Source: an uncultured Gammaproteobacteria bacterium (lineage in GTDB: Bacteria; Patescibacteriota; Microgenomatia; CAZETR01; Amesbacteraceae). Taken from it: 64,000 nucleotides of DNA. The first letter of the stretch is position 1. Each line of letters opens with the position of its first letter. A program made the translations under genes and the position numbers. A model generated the notes under the pieces. The model had not been told where the DNA came from. It did not search any database and saw nothing but the letters and a program-made list of their open reading frames with translations. The DNA is taken from the NCBI GenBank assembly GCA_964502885.1, contig CAZCXU010000001.1, forward strand, positions 93,352 through 157,351, written 5' to 3'. Shown here one piece after another: positions 19,184 to 28,700 of this stretch.

Positions 19184-19832
19184 TTTTGACTGATGGAACG
19201 GGAACTTTTGGTAAGGTAACGTTTGTTCCCATTACATCCTGATTATAGGAATTAAAAAATAACTGTAATAGTTCATTTGAGGTTATTTGGCGCCCTTTAA
19301 GACCTATGCGAGCGAGAAGTCGCAACAAATGATCTCTTTTGGGAACAAGGTTTGTAATGGCCCGATCAACTATATAGTCTTTGGGGAGAGTGGTATTTGC
19401 TGACTTACCTCCCAGAACTTTCAGCGAAGAACCAACACCTAATTCAAGTGAACTAAATGGCAAAGATATGTAGAATTTTTTATCCAACACATTTCCCTGA
19501 CGAACGATGGCTTTGACGAAGTCGCGATATTTAGTAAGCTGTTCCTTGAGCTTTGATGTGGTGATTTGGGCAAGGTGAGTGTCCAGTTTTTCGATATAAC
19601 TGGAAATATCTTTTCGTTTGCTGATGAGAACGATTTGGATGGAAAAAGTGAGTGAGTTTAGAAGCTGTGCGTAGGCATAAATGGTGGCGTCCTGCTCTCT
19701 TTCTGAAAGAAGACCAAAGTTGACGGCGCTAATTTCCATGACCATACAGGCCGAGCCGTCTTTGAGAATGACGATGTCGTTTTGAATATCTTCAATGTCC
19801 AGATGATCTTGTGTGCGGGGGGGGATAGTCAT
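19161..19832 (-). CDS. VirB4 N-terminal (CagE/TrbE/VirB-like) domain encoded as a separate ORF
   Basis: ...DIVILKDGSACMVMEISAVNFGLLSEREQDATIYAYAQLLNSLTFSIQIVLISKRKDI resembles the N-terminal domain of VirB4 homologues. It overlaps the VirB4 start by 23 nt. An alternative upstream start lies at 19907. Confidence 0.4.
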   Translation of the reverse strand: MTIPPRTQDHLDIEDIQNDIVILKDGSACMVMEISAVNFGLLSEREQDATIYAYAQLLNSLTFSIQIVLISKRKDISSYIEKLDTHLAQITTSKLKEQLTKYRDFVKAIVRQGNVLDKKFYISLPFSSLELGVGSSLKVLGGKSANTTLPKDYIVDRAITNLVPKRDHLLRLLARIGLKGRQITSNELLQLFFNSYNQDVMGTNVTLPKVPVPSVKNEATKTP

Positions 19833-19839
19833 ACTTTTT

Positions 19840-20931
19840 TTAGGTTTTTCCGTGAATAATAACAGGGCTAATAATACTGCCTTTGGCTTGAATAGAAACC
19901 GGGTCAAAAGTTAAACCTTCCTTTTCGGCGATGACGTTGTAAGTTCCGGCTGGCAAGGGAATGGCAATTTGGAACTGACCGAGACGATTGGTTCTTAGGG
20001 CCCGTGCAGGAATACCTGTCTTGGTATCAATAATCTCTACAGTTGTTTGTGCTAACGGCTGGGAAGCTGCATCTACAACCATGCCGGTGAGAATATTCGG
20101 ACTGGCAGGATTGGGAAGCTGAGTGGTGACTGTAGCAGATGGGGCTGAAGGAATATTTACAGGTTTGGGAAGCGGGGGAGTGTTAGCAACAACAGCTGAA
20201 ACACCAGAGGAGGTGAGAATTGGTGAGGTAGGAGTGGTGGGTGTAGCTAAAACTGTTTGTGGTGACGCTTCGGCGTGGGGTGTGCCTGCCGATGAGAAAG
20301 AGGTTGAGATGGTTGGAGTTGAGGTGGAATTTTTAACTGGAGATGTAAAGACTGGTTGGGCGCGTGCAGGGGAAGTGGGGATAGGTGCAGAAGAAGGGGC
20401 AGATGTAGGGATAATGGGGGGAACAGTTGAATTAGGAGCGGGTGTGGGAACAATGGAGGAAATGGCTGAGTTAGGAGTAGTTGATGGAGGTAGAGTTTTT
20501 GCGGTGGACATCTGCGGTTCAATTTTTATGGCAGCAGGAATTGGTGCCGGAACGGTGGTGACTGGTTGAGGTGTAGGTGGCGACGGTGGAGCGGCTGTTG
20601 CAGTGGGTGTGATTGGTGGGGGTGGGGCAAGGCTCGCAACGATTTCGTCAGAGATCCAGACATACTCAGTGGGAGAATAGATGGCTTTAAAAAAAGCGAC
20701 GAGCCAAGTGGTAAAGGGTCGATTGTTGATAGGGATAAAGGCCATGAGTGCACCCGTGGTGATGGAAATAAAAACCAGCGGGTATTTGATTATGGGGATT
20801 AATTGGAGACGGAAAATGAGCACCCCCACAACAATGCCTCCTGCCAGCTGGAGAAATTGCTTGAGGGTCATATCGCCCACGAGACGGAACTCGTAGGAGG
20901 AAATATTTTGCGGGACAGGGTGGTTATCCAT
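19840..20931 (-). CDS. PrgI/TcpE-like (VirB3-analog) two-TM protein with Pro/Thr-rich linker and C-terminal carboxypeptidase-regulatory-like beta domain
   Basis: N-terminal SSYEFRLVGDMTLKQFLQLAGG followed by two TM helices. A long PT-rich low-complexity region. The C-terminus reads GMVVDAASQPLAQTTVEIID...YNVIAEKEGL. Confidence 0.4.
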   Translation of the reverse strand: MDNHPVPQNISSYEFRLVGDMTLKQFLQLAGGIVVGVLIFRLQLIPIIKYPLVFISITTGALMAFIPINNRPFTTWLVAFFKAIYSPTEYVWISDEIVASLAPPPPITPTATAAPPSPPTPQPVTTVPAPIPAAIKIEPQMSTAKTLPPSTTPNSAISSIVPTPAPNSTVPPIIPTSAPSSAPIPTSPARAQPVFTSPVKNSTSTPTISTSFSSAGTPHAEASPQTVLATPTTPTSPILTSSGVSAVVANTPPLPKPVNIPSAPSATVTTQLPNPASPNILTGMVVDAASQPLAQTTVEIIDTKTGIPARALRTNRLGQFQIAIPLPAGTYNVIAEKEGLTFDPVSIQAKGSIISPVIIHGKT

Positions 20932-21005
20932 AAGCTGGTTTACATTTATCCTACCGCGTGAAAGAGAGTTTGCAAGCTAATGTTTTCACATACTAGAATA
21001 GAGTC

Positions 21006-21128
21006 ATGGTTGAGCAGGGAAACTTCAAAGATAAGGTTGCTTTTGTGTTTGGTGGTGCAATCCTTGGATTGATGGGATTGGTGGCTATAATCTTGAAGAT
21101 TGTGGGGAGGATTTGTGGCTGTTTCTGA
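21006..21128 (+). CDS. Possible 40-aa hydrophobic micro-protein (not in ORF track)
   Basis: Hand translation gives MVEQGNFKDKVAFVFGGAILGLMGLVAIILKIVGRICGCF*, a single TM helix, in the divergent region between the prgI-like gene and the 926-aa gene. Confidence 0.2.
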   Translation: MVEQGNFKDKVAFVFGGAILGLMGLVAIILKIVGRICGCF

Positions 21129-21181
21129 ATCTATCCTATAGTTGATAATTCGTGGTAAAATGAGAGTGTTATACTAATTTC

Positions 21182-23962
21182 ATGGACGATATGAGCAGCG
21201 AATCTAGACGGTCTGGTAGACTTGATTTTGACTCTGGCTTGGACGCTTCCCAAGTTAACAGAAGTGGGGATGTTGTAGGCCGAAATGTTCAAGAGTGGGG
21301 AGGGCGGGGGAGGCAGGTTGATGCGGAAGATGATAATTTAGAAATTTTCAAAAAAAAGTTGGAAGAAGCGGAGAACTTTTCTAGTATTCAGACTTATGTA
21401 GTGGGATATTTGGAGAGAGCTGAACAGAGAAACATCGTCGAGAGAAACGCAGCTTTGGAATTAATTCTGGAGAGGTCGAGATCATTTAAGGAGGTGGACT
21501 TAGGAATTCAAAGAGCTTTAAAAATCTCTCTAAAGGAGGAAAGGTTTGAAGAGTTGAAACAACTGAAAGACGAACAAGCAGCGTTGATGGTGGTGGCTGA
21601 TTCTTTAGATATGTTTGAAGGGGTAAGGCAGGTGGCTAGAGCAGGCCAGGGGGATTATTTACGAGGGAAGAGAGACGCGGATGAAATCTTTTCTGGAGCT
21701 GTGGGGCCTAATGTGTCAAATATAAGGGGTTCAGAGAAATTGCAAGGAATGGTGGACAGATACCAAGCCACAGCTGTAGGGGTGTGGGAATGGGCAAAAA
21801 GTGTGGCAAAGGGCGCGGATTATGAAGGTCGAACAAAAGAAGGTTTAGAGGCGTTGGGATGGGGAACTATCCCGTTTAGAGAAACATTGAACTTGGCAAG
21901 GGTTATAACGGAAGAAACTGTTTCTCCACCGGAAACTCCCCCCAGAGTTGGTCCATCTGGTGGTGACCCATCTCGAGGACCAGAAAGTGAGATTTTTGCT
22001 GAAAGGGCAAGGAGAGCAGAAGAGTTGTTGATAGCAACGGGATTAAGTAACAATGGTTTGCCAACATCAATTGCTGAGTTGGATGCTATTGAACAAGGGG
22101 CTCCATACATCGAAAAAACAGGCAGACCTTTGTATGGTGGAATTTTGCACAACCTGCTTAATAAATACATGACAGTTTCGGTGACTGAGGGAGAGAAAAG
22201 ATTGGGGTTGGCTAGTAAGGTGGAGGCTAATTTTACTTCTGATGAGTTGCTACTAATTAACGACAGAGATGTGAGGTTTTGGGTTCAAGTGTTTGCCTTT
22301 GGGTTTGGGTTGGGGTCTCGAACGAAAATTAATTCACATTTAAATGAGAATCAGGGTGGTTTTGTGAAGAATGCTTCAGGAGAAGCTCCCATGCAGGGGA
22401 GAAGTGTGGGTGAAATGTTAAATGCAATTGCAGGTAGGGATGTTGAGAATGATGAAAGAATGTGGGGAGAATATCGTATGGAGGCGGGGCGACGGGTGGC
22501 TCCCTCTAAGGATAATACATGGAATAAAGCTTTTGGAAATGTGCAGTATGGTGAATGGGAGGTTTTGCAGGTGGCGATGATGAGAGCAATAGTGTTGCGA
22601 GGGAATCCAGAGATTTCTTCGGATGAACTCGACACAATAATTCGTACTAATAAAAATTTACGTATGGGTTTAGCTGGGGCGAGGATGTATGCAATGGCGA
22701 CACATATGGGAGATCAGTTTGCAGTCGAATCTAAACACTTTTTAGCAACGGCGGCATATTTTGAGTTCCATTTTCAAGCAGCAGCCGTGGATAGATTGGC
22801 AAAATTATCATTACCACACAGGTTTAGGAGTTATATGAATTTAAACTCAGACTTATTTAAGGACTCGCAGGGAAACTGGAGTGATGAAACACTTATGCAT
22901 CGCAGATTATTTGCCCCTGATGTAATGCGATCAGTTATATGTTCTCCTGCTGTGTTTTCGCGAGGAGTACAAGGACCTAATCCGGAAGAATCAAGATATG
23001 AACCACAGGAGACAATCTTAGACTTGGCCATAAGGGGCATAGAAGTTCGACAAGATGCGTTGCAAACAGGGGTAACTCCTACCCGTATTTATAGTTTTGG
23101 AGTAAATGCGGCCGAAAAAATATTTAATTTGGCTTTTGGGGGTGGGACTCCCCCCGAAGGGCCGGATGTAAAGTTTGACAGAGATAAGGGATGGGCGTGG
23201 AATATGGGGCAGGAAATTCTGGCTACAGCGCGGGATTTGGGTTGGATTATGGAATATGAAAATACCATTAAACAAGAAGGGGTGAGTATGACTCCAGCTG
23301 AAGCGTCTCGACGAAGAAGAGCGATAGAACATAATATTCAGAGGTTGGGTATCACTAGGTTTATGGCTGGGTTGGGAATGAGAATAGAAAGAGGCGAAGT
23401 GCACAATTTAACCGATTTGGCGGCTTGGGCGGTGGGGATGGTGCTTGATAGAAGCGCCAAGTTTGTACATCAGATGAATTTGCCGGACGGAAGTGTCAAG
23501 CAGTTGGAGTTTCGCTGGGTATCCAAGGAGGACTCAGAATGGGTTGTAGAACATGGGTTGAATAAAAGAGATGAGAAGTGGGTGGATACGAGAAGCCCTT
23601 GGTCTTATGTTTATGAGTTAGTAACCAGGAGAGCACCTAATCGTAGAGGTGAGTGGGAAACTAAGCAGGGTGGAGAAGATGATTTATTGATTCAGGTATT
23701 GGTAGATAAGGCAGGAGGGGATGCTTCGGAAGCGGCTATGCACAGAAGAGACCAACTGAATCATCGGGTTAGAAAGTGGCGTTGGGGAGTAGGTGACTAC
23801 TTCTTGGGGTGTGGAGGGACTGCTACTAAAGAGGATGTGAGGCTTCGGGAGAGCTTTGAAGAAAAAATTGCGGGTGGTAGGGATATGCCCAAAATAGACA
23901 GGTTAACTCCATATCAAAAGGTGTACAACACATTGGACTTTTCTGATTACGGTAAAAGCTAA
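21182..23962 (+). CDS. Large soluble orphan protein (926 aa) adjacent to the T4SS-like genes
   Basis: Long ORF with no TM helix and no Walker motifs, Gly/Arg/Trp-rich. No family I recognise. Confidence 0.5.
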   Translation: MDDMSSESRRSGRLDFDSGLDASQVNRSGDVVGRNVQEWGGRGRQVDAEDDNLEIFKKKLEEAENFSSIQTYVVGYLERAEQRNIVERNAALELILERSRSFKEVDLGIQRALKISLKEERFEELKQLKDEQAALMVVADSLDMFEGVRQVARAGQGDYLRGKRDADEIFSGAVGPNVSNIRGSEKLQGMVDRYQATAVGVWEWAKSVAKGADYEGRTKEGLEALGWGTIPFRETLNLARVITEETVSPPETPPRVGPSGGDPSRGPESEIFAERARRAEELLIATGLSNNGLPTSIAELDAIEQGAPYIEKTGRPLYGGILHNLLNKYMTVSVTEGEKRLGLASKVEANFTSDELLLINDRDVRFWVQVFAFGFGLGSRTKINSHLNENQGGFVKNASGEAPMQGRSVGEMLNAIAGRDVENDERMWGEYRMEAGRRVAPSKDNTWNKAFGNVQYGEWEVLQVAMMRAIVLRGNPEISSDELDTIIRTNKNLRMGLAGARMYAMATHMGDQFAVESKHFLATAAYFEFHFQAAAVDRLAKLSLPHRFRSYMNLNSDLFKDSQGNWSDETLMHRRLFAPDVMRSVICSPAVFSRGVQGPNPEESRYEPQETILDLAIRGIEVRQDALQTGVTPTRIYSFGVNAAEKIFNLAFGGGTPPEGPDVKFDRDKGWAWNMGQEILATARDLGWIMEYENTIKQEGVSMTPAEASRRRRAIEHNIQRLGITRFMAGLGMRIERGEVHNLTDLAAWAVGMVLDRSAKFVHQMNLPDGSVKQLEFRWVSKEDSEWVVEHGLNKRDEKWVDTRSPWSYVYELVTRRAPNRRGEWETKQGGEDDLLIQVLVDKAGGDASEAAMHRRDQLNHRVRKWRWGVGDYFLGCGGTATKEDVRLRESFEEKIAGGRDMPKIDRLTPYQKVYNTLDFSDYGKS

Positions 23963-24020
23963 TTAAAAAAGTGGTCTGGTGGATGGTTTATTCGGATAAG
24001 TTGTTTATAGAATGCGTAGC

Positions 24021-25751
24021 TTAGGATGTACCACCTGCGGGAGGGACAGGTCTTCGAATGTTGGCTTCTTTGGCTTTGGAGACTTGCTGACCAGCCGAAG
24101 TCAATTGTCCCATGGTGTCTTTGGCCATCTTTTCAACAAAGTCAGAAGGATCTACAGACTTACAGAACATGTTCTTAACCATGGTTGCTATGTTGGGGGC
24201 GAATGACATGGCCCCTACGAAAACTGCATATTGGACGAAAATATTACTGGGCATGTCAAATAAGGGAAAGTTGGCTTGGTTGTTAAAAAAGAAGCCTATG
24301 TCTCCGGCGAATCCTGGGACGGGAGTGCGAGTGTCAAACCCTGCATTAATTAGAATTGCTAAGAGAGCATATGTCACAAAAATTGAGGCATTGCCGATGA
24401 GACAAAGAAGCCATTTTTTAAATCCACCAAAATCAGATTTCTTCGATGGGATAATATCGAAAATAATTATTAGCGGGCCGGCGACAACCAGAAGATTAAA
24501 AGTAATAAAGGCGACCACAAATTGACCAATAATTCTGGCCCAGACGTAAATTGACCAAAGGAAGAAACCAAGAATGAAACCAGCTATGAGAACAACCACT
24601 CCTCCAGAAGCAAGATTAAGCAGTGCAGCTAGAACTATAGTGAGAATTATCAGTACTATGGAAACAACTATCCAAAAGGCAAGGAAATGCCAGACAAAAT
24701 CAAAACCGCCTCCAGCTAAGGTGGACATAGCAAGCGGCAAGTCAGTTATAATTGTCATGCCGATAGCTGTTTGGGCAAAATAAAGCATGCCAATAATTGC
24801 GGAAATGGCTAAGTACATCAGGTCAATTACGAAGCCGGCAATGGCGTATGAAAAGAGAACCAACACAATAGATATGGCAATGCGGGGAATAACCATTTGA
24901 ATTGTTACCGAGACTTGCGGAGATATTTTTGAACGGAACATAACCATAAAACCAGCAATGATGATAATCAGGGTGGTAATTAATAGTGCGATGTTTCGAG
25001 TGGCGATCCAAAATGCTCGGGTAGGAGAGTCTGTCGTTCCGGTACCACCCAAGCCAAGTCTTTCGTAACCACTTCCTTGCGCAAACGTGTCCGAGACAAT
25101 GTTGAGTTTTGAAGCAAGTTGTTTAGTTTCAGACCAGGCTGAGGGGAGGGTGTCAATTTGTGATGAGATATAGTAGGTAAGCTTGAGTACTCCAATATAA
25201 CTTTGACCTATGAATCCATATTTATTAACAAATGCCAGATCAGAAGAAGAAAAATTTTGAGTGACGAGCATGCTGCGGGCAAGATCTATCGCTGTGAGTA
25301 AATCAGTGATGTTTTGCAAAAGGGCTGCTGGATCAGGAGAAGATATAACTGAGGGAAATAACATCGAAGAGAGAGAGTTGAGGATCCAGTTTACTTGAGC
25401 GTAGGTGTAGCGCTCACCAAAAATTTCGTCGGGATTTGTATTGTCGAAAACTTTTTGCTGGAACTCCTGAATTGAAGGATTGTACCAAGGGTGTGGTGTT
25501 ACTTCGGCGAAGAACAAACGGGAGATTTCGTAGATGAGATAGGAGCAACGTGCTGCATCACCGAAAGGGTTGGGGGAAATGGCTTGACAGGCAGCATCTG
25601 CCTGAGCGCACAGCGGCTCGGCGGGATCACAGGTCGGTTGGGCAAGAACCGGTGATGGTGTGATAAATACTGTTAACCCTATGAATAGAAACGAAAGGGT
25701 AAAAAGGTATTTTTTAATCAGCATTGAAAGATGTTTTGTCATGGAAGACAT
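24021..25751 (-). CDS. Polytopic membrane protein with signal peptide and Cys-containing periplasmic N-domain; VirB6/TrbL-like candidate
   Basis: Signal peptide, then a roughly 230-aa extracytoplasmic domain, then about 8 TM helices with large loops, consistent with VirB6-like topology. Confidence 0.35.
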   Translation of the reverse strand: MSSMTKHLSMLIKKYLFTLSFLFIGLTVFITPSPVLAQPTCDPAEPLCAQADAACQAISPNPFGDAARCSYLIYEISRLFFAEVTPHPWYNPSIQEFQQKVFDNTNPDEIFGERYTYAQVNWILNSLSSMLFPSVISSPDPAALLQNITDLLTAIDLARSMLVTQNFSSSDLAFVNKYGFIGQSYIGVLKLTYYISSQIDTLPSAWSETKQLASKLNIVSDTFAQGSGYERLGLGGTGTTDSPTRAFWIATRNIALLITTLIIIIAGFMVMFRSKISPQVSVTIQMVIPRIAISIVLVLFSYAIAGFVIDLMYLAISAIIGMLYFAQTAIGMTIITDLPLAMSTLAGGGFDFVWHFLAFWIVVSIVLIILTIVLAALLNLASGGVVVLIAGFILGFFLWSIYVWARIIGQFVVAFITFNLLVVAGPLIIIFDIIPSKKSDFGGFKKWLLCLIGNASIFVTYALLAILINAGFDTRTPVPGFAGDIGFFFNNQANFPLFDMPSNIFVQYAVFVGAMSFAPNIATMVKNMFCKSVDPSDFVEKMAKDTMGQLTSAGQQVSKAKEANIRRPVPPAGGTS

Positions 25752-25797
25752 TTTTACTTTAGAATAAATAGATCAAACATGCAATAACAGTGGTTGG

Positions 25798-28700
25798 TTA
25801 GGGAAAGGGAAACGGGCAGCTGGGAGCAATCCATTCCCATTTGCCTTGAAGGCCAGGATTTGCGGCGGTACCGTCTCCCAACGCATATAGATCGGATTCG
25901 GCGGTGGGAATGCAGGAGTCACCCACCAGGTATATGGCAGAGAATACCCGTACTCCTCCGTAAGTATTTATTTCAGATGCGCAACGGGATCTGATGGCAT
26001 TTACGGTAAGGAGGTGACCGGTGATTTGCTGATCGAAGTTGTTTGGTGTGTTGTATTGACCGACGTGAACGCCAAAATCTTCTACTGGAGTGTTGGCTTC
26101 GTAATTGCTGGCGTCCGATTCGTTTAACCAAATCAATAGTGAAAGTCCAGGATTTACGCCGGCGGCGTCTGCGCGTGTGACGACGTCGTTGTAGCAAAGT
26201 TCTGCGAAAGTGCCATCCGGAAAATTGGTCCAGCGCCTGGCGATGTCTATGTAGTTAGTGCGATCTACACAGGGTGTGTTGGTTTCGGGAAGATTGGTGT
26301 TGCAGTTTATGCCGCCCGGTGAGTCTATAGGGCTGACTGATCCTACAAAGCCTTTTGGTCGGAGGGCGCGTTGGAGATTGAGGTTTTCACGGGTGGGGAC
26401 ACCAAGAATGTGATCGGCAAGGCTGCCGACCTTGGGAAAATAAAAAGCTCCCCCAGAAGTGCGCAAACCTCCTCCGATACCACCAGAGGCTACATTACGT
26501 CCTGCCGTGACACGGGGATTGATCAAATTTTGCACCTGGCCGTTGTAGGCTGCACTAGTTCCTGCCGGTATGGATACGTCTCTGTTGTTGGTGATGTCGT
26601 AATCGGTTTGTGTGATCTGCCAAATGCAGGAGTAGCCCTGGGATGCCATTGCCTGACAGGCTGTTTCGGTTAATTGGTTAGAACAAATTCCAAGATCTCG
26701 GGGTGAGGTGGTGGTGCAAGCTTCATATGTGCCAGTCAGGGGGAGTTTGGGCATCCAGCGACGAAGGACTGAGTTTGGGCCTGCCACAAGGATGTCATAG
26801 AGCTTTTCGATGTATGGTGTTTTTACAAAAGGATTAACCCGTGCAGCTGATCTCAGGTTGCGGGTTGGCCAGACAGGGCAGTGAGGAGGACGAGGGGCCA
26901 GTGCGGGAGCGGCACGAACAACACGCCACTCACAGTATGGTGACATTCCGGCGGCAGTACACCCAGTTTGGTCCAGGGCCGAACAAACAGAAGCATAACT
27001 ATCGTATCCAGATCTGCTGCGGCAGGCATATTCATCAGTGGGGGCACAACATATTTCGCCAGCATTACCACAATCCAGATCAATTATTTCCCGATTTTCG
27101 CCACATCCGTTTGGACCGGGCGCGCGGCAGTCGTATGTGGAGCTGGCATGGTAGCACTCGCTAATCCAAGGACAGCGTTGTCCGATTTGAATCGTGCAGC
27201 ATTCGCCCCCAGGAAGCTGGTCATTGCATTCATCTCCCTCCAGGGAACAGGGTCTATTGATGCAGTTGCCGGCACCGGCGGGACACGGGTTTGCGTCACA
27301 GCCAATTACGAGTCGGGGTGTGTAGCGGAAGAGCTGACGATATGTAAGATTTCCGTTTAGGACGTTTCCCAGCAGGCGATCTCCGGATGAAGTACGAGTT
27401 TCGGCTTCGTCGCAAGTAAAGTCTGATGGAACATATAACGCAGCGGGCGCAGGTCCGTCAATAATTTCCGTGTTGCGAATGACAGTTCCGCCACCAGAGC
27501 AGCCCCTGAGAATGGAGCCTGCAAAATATCTTTGGCAGAGAACAACTGTTTCGTCGGAGTGTCCTTCGGATGCTCCAAAACCCTGATGGCGGGCAACTCT
27601 TTGGGAAAACATATTGCTATTTTCAGAACTGAACAAGGGAGCGTGTGTGGCGGCAGGGGGTGTTGGCGTTGGAGTAGGTGTGGCCAGAACAACAGTTTGA
27701 CTTGAATAACTGGATCCGGCGAGACGAATACGAATGCTGCCGGGGAGACCGCGACTGACAAACCACTGGCTACTTCCGCCGTAGCGATAATATGAATGAG
27801 GCCATGTAGGTATGATGCCTTCGTAATAGCGTTGCACACTGACACTGGGGTCAACATAGTTACTGAGTGGACCGTAGTCTTGGTTTGTTGTCGGATCAAA
27901 AACATGGAATTGGTTCCAAAGCGCTTCACCCATACCTGGCAAACCGTAATAAACATCTATCAGGTTGTAAGCTGGCAAGTAAAAAGCCCGGAGATAGTCT
28001 GCCGGATTTGTTGATAAAACAGGAGTGGGGATTGGGGGCGGGGGGGGAGGGGCGGTGGGAGGAACAATTACCGGATATGGCTGATGCAAAGCTTGGACGA
28101 GACTTGATAAAGGAACAGCTGATTTCATGTGCGGGAAATAAAGCCGTGAATCAAAGCGGCCTGAAATAAGGGTGGGAAAACTGAGGCCAATAGTGAGAAT
28201 TCGGCCATCGATGTCTACGGGTTGAGCTTCCGGAATAACACTTGCTGTAAACTCACTCACAGTGTCCTCAAGAGTTGAGTAATTGATGTATTTATGTGTC
28301 CAGGTTTCGGTATCGAAATTGCTGGCCACCCAACTAAGGCGGCGACGCAGGGTGCTGCTGACGCAGGGTTCTGCGAGGTCGAGACGTAAAGCTGCAGTGA
28401 TGTTTCCGATGCGACTCAGCAGGTTTCTGCCTAGGGAAAAAAGCATGTTTACATCATCAAGGTTGTTGGCTATCACAGTAAAACCGTAATTTAAAAGTAC
28501 ATTTCTAATTCCGATTGGGTTGAATTGATCGCCCGGAAGTAAGGCAATGTTGACAAGTGCGCCACCAAAATCCTGCATATTATTCATGCCAACTCGACGG
28601 ATGATATCGATCATTCTGACAACATCAAGGAAACTGCCAAATGAGTTTGTAAATATTGCTTCCAGAGCGTCTAAAACATAATCAAAGTCGATGTTCCGCT

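Noticed and set aside
20123-20896. Several ORFs on both strands within the PrgI-like gene's Pro/Thr-rich region.
   Set aside because: They are low-complexity GC-rich repeat translations. The long minus-strand frame with a conserved N-terminal two-TM core is the real gene.
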